From the NCBI GenBank assembly GCA_047495785.1, contig JBLDXI010000029.1:1736001-1800000 (forward strand): DNA of 64,000 nucleotides, in the 5' to 3' direction. Position 1 is the first letter of the stretch. Each line of letters begins with the position of its first letter. Position numbers and translations under genes: made by a program. The DNA comes from Lepidodermella squamata (taxonomy: Eukaryota > Animalia > Gastrotricha). The notes under the pieces are model-generated. The model worked only from the letters and a program-made list of their open reading frames with translations. It was not told the DNA's origin and did not search any database. Positions 56,378 to 64,000 of this stretch are shown piece by piece.

Positions 56378-58678
56378 ATGTTTTATAACCTCTTCTTCTA
56401 TTCAATAATTTTGACAGTGTCTTGTCGCCAAAAGCATTACCGCCTAAAAGTGTTTTCTCTGTTGCCGTACTCTGACGCAAAGCCTTTCGGACTTCGCGCA
56501 TGTCCTGAGGCTCAAAAGATGTTAGTTGACGAGGTGAACAAACGAAGTGACATTCTACCCGATTACAACGTAGAATTCGAGCTCCTTGACGAAGGTTCAG
56601 CGTCTACAGCTGCAGCTTCAGCGGCGATTAAAGCTCTCAGTGAAGACGCCGAACCTGGCGTATTTCTTTCTCCGGTCGTCATTGGCGGCACTAGTACACC
56701 TGGATGCAAAGCCTGGGGCTCAACTGCTCATCACGTTGACGCAGTTATGATCGCCATGAGCTGCGTCTCGTCCATTCACACTGCTCGACGGGATATTTAC
56801 CCAAACATGTACAGAATTCGAGCGGGTAACCAAGTCAACTTAGAAAGTCGTTTGTTCTTCTTGAAATCGCTAACGAAGTGGAATCGTATTGCCATTCTTT
56901 CAATTATTGACGGAGTATCAGGCAATTCCAACGGCTTCGAAGCCGCTAAAATTGTCTATGATTTAGCCATAACGGCTGGTTTCAATGTCGTAAAATTTGA
57001 GACAGCGATTGATTTCACGCAAGATATTTTCGCCGATTTATTACGGGAGGATATTCGAATTTTCAGCTTTGATGCTTCTGATTATTTTTACGCCATCAGA
57101 TTTCTTTGCTTGGCTCATCGCCACGGGCTGCGCGGGTCGAGATTCAGGTTCATCACTTCGATCATTTACTACAACGATCCAGCGTCAACGCCTGACACTC
57201 TTCTTCCGCGGGGCTGTTCCAGGTCGGATTACATGAAGCAGCTTGAAATAACGATATTCATCGGCGCACCTTACTCGGCAATCTCTCCAGGCATGTCTAA
57301 TGACTCTTTCGGAGTATCGGTCTCAAGTTTCGAGCAAACTTTAGGTCGCCTAATGAATTTTTCAAAATCGATCGACTTCGTCTTCCGGCAATCTTGTCGA
57401 GATGTTGCACTGATGGGATTACTTACTCTTGATGCGACAGAGCGTCGACTATCGAGAGACAACAAAAGTCTGAAGGATTATGCCTCGGACCCGCATCTCG
57501 TGATGTTAGCAGCAAATGAGAGCGCTAGATCTATGGAGTTCAGCAGTATAAGATTCGGTAATTTCAAATACTCACGCAGACTCGAAACGGACAGTGAGCC
57601 TCAAACAGTTGCTGCATGGTCACTGTCAAAAGGTCTTCATACCAGATACGTACTTACGCTGACAGAAAATCATACGTTTGAGATTGATGCGATTGAGGAG
57701 TTTAAACTTGGCTCATTGCCGAATGATGAAGCAAGACTGATAATCGTTTTGATGGGAGTTCCACTGTTTGGATTCTTACTCATTATCTCAGTTTCGGCGA
57801 CTCTATTCGGTATGGAAGTTATCTTTTGCTTCAAGTTTTCGAGCTATGCTTCAAGTTATGAAAAAATCCTTTACAGTGTCATAAATTTGGTGTGCTTCGT
57901 CGGTGCCGTTCTTATTTCGATCCCTAGTTATTGGAAAAGTGCCGGCACTTGCAGCACAAGCGTGATTTTCATCGCCTCGGGTCTTTCCTCTGTCTACGGA
58001 ATCGTTGTCATGCGGCTAAGATCCTCCCTAATTTTGATGAAGTCAGCAGTCATCACAAAATCAAAAACAGGAGCTTTTTTGGAGATACCGGAGCTTCAGC
58101 TTCAGTTAAGAGATCGTGTATGGGTTCCCCTAACTTATGGGGCGCTTAATTTGTGCCTTTCAATCGCTTGGTGTGTATTTGATAAGATTTCTATTCAAGA
58201 AAAGGCACGGAATCGCTATTACATGCTGGAAATCGACTCGTATTCTACCGAATACTACAAATTTTGTTCGTCTGAACACGTTTTGCCGTGGTTGCTTTCT
58301 CTAATCGCAGCAAACTTCGTAGTGTTGACGTATGGCTTGATTTTGGTTTTGCGGCACCGGGCAGATACTCGCGTGAAATTTTATCCTGTTTTGAAACGAT
58401 TGATGGCTGTTACAGTAGTCTTGATAACGCTATTTATGGCGACAGTCGCTATTGGCCTCATAGCAAACAACTCAATTATGGTTGAACTAACAATTTCGAT
58501 TTCACTGATCATTCAATCTTCAGCTTCCTTCGCCATCATGAATATTAGCCTAGGAAGCAACCGTCAGCTGAGACTCTCTGTTAATAGCTCAAGTTTCTTC
58601 ATGCAGCGACCCTCTGGTAGACGCAGTCAGGAATGTTTAGATGCACATGTTCGCGTGGCTGTTTATGAAACCAATTAG
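56378..58678 (+). CDS. GABA-B-like class C GPCR, single exon (gene C)
   Basis: 766 aa intact ORF; VNKRSDILPDY, TPGCKAWGSTAH, 7TM. Confidence 0.87.
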   Translation: MFYNLFFYSIILTVSCRQKHYRLKVFSLLPYSDAKPFGLRACPEAQKMLVDEVNKRSDILPDYNVEFELLDEGSASTAAASAAIKALSEDAEPGVFLSPVVIGGTSTPGCKAWGSTAHHVDAVMIAMSCVSSIHTARRDIYPNMYRIRAGNQVNLESRLFFLKSLTKWNRIAILSIIDGVSGNSNGFEAAKIVYDLAITAGFNVVKFETAIDFTQDIFADLLREDIRIFSFDASDYFYAIRFLCLAHRHGLRGSRFRFITSIIYYNDPASTPDTLLPRGCSRSDYMKQLEITIFIGAPYSAISPGMSNDSFGVSVSSFEQTLGRLMNFSKSIDFVFRQSCRDVALMGLLTLDATERRLSRDNKSLKDYASDPHLVMLAANESARSMEFSSIRFGNFKYSRRLETDSEPQTVAAWSLSKGLHTRYVLTLTENHTFEIDAIEEFKLGSLPNDEARLIIVLMGVPLFGFLLIISVSATLFGMEVIFCFKFSSYASSYEKILYSVINLVCFVGAVLISIPSYWKSAGTCSTSVIFIASGLSSVYGIVVMRLRSSLILMKSAVITKSKTGAFLEIPELQLQLRDRVWVPLTYGALNLCLSIAWCVFDKISIQEKARNRYYMLEIDSYSTEYYKFCSSEHVLPWLLSLIAANFVVLTYGLILVLRHRADTRVKFYPVLKRLMAVTVVLITLFMATVAIGLIANNSIMVELTISISLIIQSSASFAIMNISLGSNRQLRLSVNSSSFFMQRPSGRRSQECLDAHVRVAVYETN

Positions 58679-58720
58679 AGACTTTCATAATCTATTTACT
58701 ATTACGCATCATTACTCTCG

Positions 58721-60636
58721 TCAAATATAAATGAAACCGTAATCGTATATAAGATTAATATCGACCCCTGGAGTGCTTGATTCTGTAGTAGTTTCAGTGG
58801 TCGTTCTACGCGTCGTAGTTTTTGTAGTTGGCGCCTCTGTGTAATCCTCTGGGTGCGTCACCCATTCAGCGCCATCAAATGGAATAGTTTTTGCTCCAGT
58901 TCTCAAAGCTAGCGCAAACAAGACGGGGTCAAACTCGAAATCGTCTACATGGCTCAGAGTTCGCGCAATCTTTGTCAATGGAGTTGTTAGCGAAGGGGTT
59001 GTAGTCGCATTCAGCTCAGCAATGAACACAGGTTCTGTTCCATTTGGGTAGCTTTGATTTGAACCGGAAACTGTGACATTCGTTTTCACAGTCATCGTTG
59101 TTGTGTTAGATGTTGCTGTGGTGGTTGTTGTTGGTCTCGGCGTTGTAGTCAAAGGATAGCCGATGAATCCATTATCTCTCTCAGGCATAGCAACGCAATG
59201 ACCAATAGAATCATCGTCACCACCATCTTCAGGACAGGCATAGCAAAGAAGATCAGGGCGGCACATGCTGGGTGACGCGATTGATTCCAACTCATAGGTA
59301 TTTTTCTTAAAAGGTCTGAGGCACATATCTCCCAAGTTAGCCCGGCCAGGTAGACCTAAACAATAAGAAAATGTAGAAGCGTCCTTAGTTACCAGGGAAA
59401 ATAAACCCGTTGCTAAGGAAGTTTTCGCCCGAAATCTCATTTGGGGGTTATCAACAATTAAATTCGAAAGTTTCGCCTCATATTCAAAAGCGTCCTTAGT
59501 TACCAAGCGTAATTATATCCGTTGCTAAGGAATTTTCTCACCCGAGTAGCACCATGTTCCGAGCTGAATTTTAAGGCCACCGATGCCTAAATCGGCGATG
59601 GTGTCTCTCGGCGAGTAGTAGTAGTAAGAAACTGGATGATAGCCCTCGGTCGAATTGCAGACACAGTGGTGCGTCTCATTGTGACAATAGCTTCTTGGCT
59701 CAACGCCAAGCGCAACATACTCCCCGCCGCATTCATGCTTCTCGTCGCAAGGGTCCCCAATCGAAACAGGTCGGCATTGACTCCGGTCGTAAGCTGATGG
59801 CCAGAAATTGTTCAAACAGGTACAGAACTTTTCCTCCCCACATACGAGTCCACGTTCGGCAGAGCAGTAGCCATAAATTCTAAAATCGAATTATATTCGG
59901 AAATCATTAAAGAATCGAAAGTGTCTCAACTAACCCTTCTTCGAGTAACATATCGCATGGATCGCCAAATAACAAAGGTACCCCAACGTCCACCTGAAAA
60001 ATTGGAATTTTGCCAAATTTTACACGGATAAAAATTCTCACCGTATTTCCAAATATGATTCCGGTATAGTTGTCGCAGAAATCATTCTCGATAATCAAAC
60101 CTGGATCGACGTGTTTACAGTCCTCGCCTTCTTCGAGTACTCGACCGCAATCGCCGAGTCGATTTGGGTCCAAATATGGCTGGTATTTGGCCGACTTGCA
60201 GGCGCATCGGCCATAGCGGCAATAATCAGATGCAACAAAGCACAGCGCATTTTCACCTGTGAAAATTTTCAACTTGAACTCCCTTTTGATTACCCTTAAA
60301 ATGGGAAAATTCCCACACTATTAGTACTCGCTCGTACCTTATTATTGCTAATTTTTCAGATTTATTCTGATAATTTTCATAATATTAAAAAATATAAATA
60401 ATTATAGACTTACCGCAGTCATGAGCGGCTGGATTGCACACTTTGAATCGTGAGAAAAATGGAAAATAATCGGGAAAATAATTAACAAAAAAATAATTAC
60501 TTTCGCCAATAAGTCGATGAGCTTTTCTTGCACTGACACTTATTGCAAGTAAAAATAAGAAGCAGGCCGCGAAAAATATTTCTGATTTATTGCTTTGAAA
60601 TTCAAACTCAAATTTATTTGCAAGAATTGCACGCAT
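58721..60636 (-). CDS. Secreted Cys-rich (EGF/EB-like repeats) protein with Thr-rich mucin-like tail (multi-exon)
   Basis: Hydrophobic leader FFAACFLFLLAISVSA. Exons reading CNPAAHDC/GENALC...CRYGRCAC, IGDPC...C and MCRPDLLCYACP...GHCV. TTT tracts. Exon boundaries only partly resolved. Confidence 0.7.
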
Positions 60637-60811
60637 TTTTCCTGACCTGAATAAATAAAACGGAATAAACACTAAAAACAGTTGGGTGACTACAACAGTG
60701 AGGTATTCAGTATCGATTTTTTGTTTATATACTACCGATGACTCGCCATTATTATTATTAAGGCGGCGAGTGTGTTGACCTAATTATTTTCTCACGTCAA
60801 TTTTTTGCTGT

Positions 60812-63326
60812 TTACACACGGCTCGTTTCGCTAATTTCACGCTGGGCAAGTGGTGCTTGCCTCGTTCCTGTTTCTTGCTGTTGTTGTTGTTGATCTAAAA
60901 TTTGTTGATTTTGTCGTTGAGTTTGCTCGTCTAAAATCAGCCCCAAAGTTTGATCCTCACCTCCATGTTGATTATCGCTGCCAGCTATTATTTCTTCCAT
61001 GCTATTCGCCGCTGTTGGCCGTGATGAGGCTGAATTGTGGTGGTGGCTGTTGTTGGGGCAATTTATCGAGTGTTGATTGCTTCGGTTGCTATGGCGACTG
61101 CTGTTAGGGTGGCTATTATTCGGCTTCTCATTGCCCGGCTGCAGCGGCAACGGACTAGGCTGGTCGAGTCGCTGGCATCGAATTGTGTTGACGGCCGAAC
61201 TTATCGACTCCATGCGGTTGTGATGGCGCCGCCATAGGAAAAAAATTAGGATGGCAACGAGTAGGGTGAACACAACAGCGCCGACGGCAATCACGATTTG
61301 AGCAATTATTCCCATTCGCTCCGCTTGTTCGCGGATTTTCTGAGCACCTGTGAAATTAGGTCAAAAATATTCTTAATGGGTCTAACAATTTATTTTAGTT
61401 TATTATTCTAATTTTCGAGGATTCAAAATATTTTAGCAAAATTTTAATTTTAATTTTAAAATTAAATAATTAATTGCTAAATTTACTGAGTATCTCGTCG
61501 TTTGACTGGCTGATGGGCACGCAAGTTCCAGTGACCTGGCGCAATTGGTCATCAGTCTCCTGAGGGCAATATTGGCACACCAAACCGGAATCGCAAATCA
61601 TAGGATCGGCAACCATGGTTAGCAGATAGGAGCATTTGCCACCCAAACTAACTCGCTCCTGTTTATTATCTATCAATTAAAAAATAGTCATAAATTTTCG
61701 AAAATTCTGAAAAATTATTGTTCCACCTCGAAGACAGACATGGCTGATTGATAGCGAGTCGTCAGTTTTGAAATTGTTGTTTGTATTCAGAAGGACAGAA
61801 ATGTTGTAGACACCAACTTCGAGTGTGTTGTAAGTCTTTTGAACGGGCAGGTAGTAGTTGACCTCAACACGAGGCACAGCCATGTAGTTGTCATTGCAAC
61901 GACACCGCTGAGTCTCAACATCGCATACAGCGTTGCCGCTAAATATTCAAAATTAAAAACAAAATGAAAAATTGGTAATTAATAATTTGTATCTCAGTGT
62001 AAAAAATTGAAAAATTCAATGGCCCGAAATAATTCAAAAATAGCTAAACATATTTTAAATGAAACTTAATTTCAAATTTTCGGATTTTATTAAATACTAA
62101 TAAATTAAAAATCCATTTTCATGGTTACCTGTGCCCGGCTAGACCAGCATGGGTGCCCTTATACATCCAATCACACTCGTGGTGGTGTTTGCACGGTTCA
62201 TCGAACCCAGCCGTGTAGCAGGTACCATCGTGGCGTTCCAAGCTCGGCCACTGGCAATTGCACTGCTGCTTCGATGAGTCACAGGTGAGACCCTTCAATG
62301 CGTTGCATTTCGCCGATGACCCGTGCTTCCCGCTACATTCTTCATATCGATCCAACAATTTGCCACTCGAATGCTCCTCATTGCGTCCTATGTTAAAAAA
62401 AATTTATAAATATTTGAAACTAATTTGAAATTTGAAAAAATCATCAAAGAACTGTTCGAGAAAATTTATTTACGTTCGACTAAAACTTAACATTTGAAAT
62501 TGAAATTCTATTTAAAAATTTTTAAATATTTAAAAAAAACCTGGAAATTATCCAATTTTCCATTAAAATTTTGAAAAAATTCAGAATTTTTTTGCTTATT
62601 AAACATTGAAAAAAAATTTACCTTGACTTTCGCTTTGCCATTGCCGCTCATTTTGCTCTTTGGCGCTATTCGGATACTCCATCGCAGCTCCACCGCCGTT
62701 GCACAAACTTCGCTTCCTCTTATTATTAAAGTCATCGGCACTAAAACCACATGGGTTAGTACGATGGCGCCAGTGGCGAGGTGGAGCCGGCGGCTCTTCG
62801 CAGTCGAAATTGTTGCGCATCGAGGGCTGATAATTGCCGTTCGGGTTGCAGACGCACACGCCGAGTTGACACCGAGGAACCCGGGCGCAAACTGCATTCT
62901 TGCCACATTGTGTTATCAAGGCGTCAGGATTGCACGCTATAAAAAAAATGACAAAATATTCAAAAATATTAAAAATAATCAAAATTCAAAATTATCATTT
63001 TTCGAAATTTTAAATTAAAATAAGAGTTCGAAAAATCAGAAAATACCTACGACAGAATTTTGGGATTAAGGGAAAGCAATAGAAAGTATTGGTTTTAATC
63101 TTTATCGTGTCGTTGAAATCGACGAATTTTGAGGTTCAGATAGACAAATTTTGACTATAATAATCTTAGTTACCTCTGTAAAGCTGTTTTATTGTTATTG
63201 CCTCGGCGTTGATTGAGCACGAAAATGCGAGAAACACCTTTGAAAGCAATATTATTGATTAAACGGAATTATCTGGAGAAAAAATCTAACCAAGGTCCCA
63301 AATATTGATCTTGTCCAACGAGTCAT
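60812..63326 (-). CDS. Single-pass membrane Cys-rich protein, paralogue of the neighbouring gene (multi-exon)
   Basis: Probable leader MTRWTRSIFGTL/VFLAFSCSINAEA. CNPDALITQCGKNAVC...CQLGVCVC and MICDSGLVCQYCP...GTCV modules. TM IIAQIVIAVGAVVFTLLVAILIFFLW followed by RR. N/H/Q-rich cytoplasmic tail. Confidence 0.7.
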
Positions 63327-63727
63327 TTTGAAAAAAAATTCAGCCAGCCAATTCGCACTGATATCAACTTGGAAATAGGTGTTATACCCCACGCACCTAA
63401 ATTACCGGAGACCCAACCTGCGAAAAATCACTCGAGCGCGTCGAGCCGCTATTTTTAATAAAAAGCACTGATGATCTGCGAACAACAACACGCACTCTGC
63501 ACCCGGCGAGATTACATTTACAAACTTTTATTTTCCGATTTTTTTCCAAAAAAAACAACAACAAAATGTATCTTCAAGATTGTTCAGATAATTAAAGTAA
63601 ATAAGAGCCGTTACCGAATCAATTTACAAATTATATAGCGCAAGGTGTTTACAAACAATTAGGTTAAAACGGCACGTGTGAGCAATTTATGAGAATTTTT
63701 TACAAGGACTTCAAACTAGTTTCATCA

Positions 63728-64000
63728 TCAGCCTTGCGTCCTGTTAGGCGGCACCGTAGTCGGAGCAGCGATTGGTGGAGCTGGTGACGGCGGCAGGTAG
63801 ACTGGTTCGAACTCGCCAGGAGCCCCACTTAACACGAGGCCCCACCTATTCGCTGAGCCGCCCTGCGCGACCCGGCCTACAACTTGGCCCCGGGTTGGAA
63901 CTGGGGGCGTTGTAGTAGGCGGCCGGGAGGGTGCGGCGCGGGCTGTGGGTGGGGGCGGGGCGGTTGTAGTCGGATCATCGGGCGCTTTGTAGTTGATGTG
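63728..64000 (-). CDS. 3' end of an upstream gene, Pro/Thr-rich tail (partial)
   Basis: Open frame from the window edge: HINYKAPDDPTTTAPPPPTARAAPSRPPTTTPP...NRTQG stop. GC-rich relative to the flank. Confidence 0.6.
   Translation of the reverse strand, partial: HINYKAPDDPTTTAPPPPTARAAPSRPPTTTPPVPTRGQVVGRVAQGGSANRWGLVLSGAPGEFEPVYLPPSPAPPIAAPTTVPPNRTQG

Noticed and set aside
16236-58678. Assigning GABBR1/GABBR2 gene symbols to the receptors
   Set aside because: Only fold-level similarity; no coiled-coil tail, and orthology cannot be shown without a phylogeny.

Overview
Eukaryotic (metazoan, invertebrate-type) genomic DNA with many very short GT-AG introns (about 44-60 nt); the species cannot be named from sequence alone. 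Left part: a secreted three-PAN/Apple-domain gene, then a small tandem family of two-exon prepropeptide genes missed or only partly caught by the ORF track (signal peptide, acidic pro-region ending EAAR, cationic Cys-bridged mature peptide; two intact copies and one decayed). The last copy lies head-to-head with a dual oxidase (Duox). Middle and right: a tandem array of six single-exon GABA-B-like class C GPCR loci (five intact, one chimeric and frameshifted) and a catalytically dead double serine-protease homologue. A 17.7 kb CACGG-ended CMC/EnSpm-like transposon splits the array. It carries extra spliced genes and nested pogo, Zator and full-length LINE elements, and the LINE shows apparent spliceosomal splice sites. 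The window ends with tandem paralogous Cys-rich extracellular genes. Best candidates for undescribed biology: the peptide family beside Duox, the recombining receptor array and the apparently spliced LINE. Exon models and alignments were made by eye, and no database searches were run.
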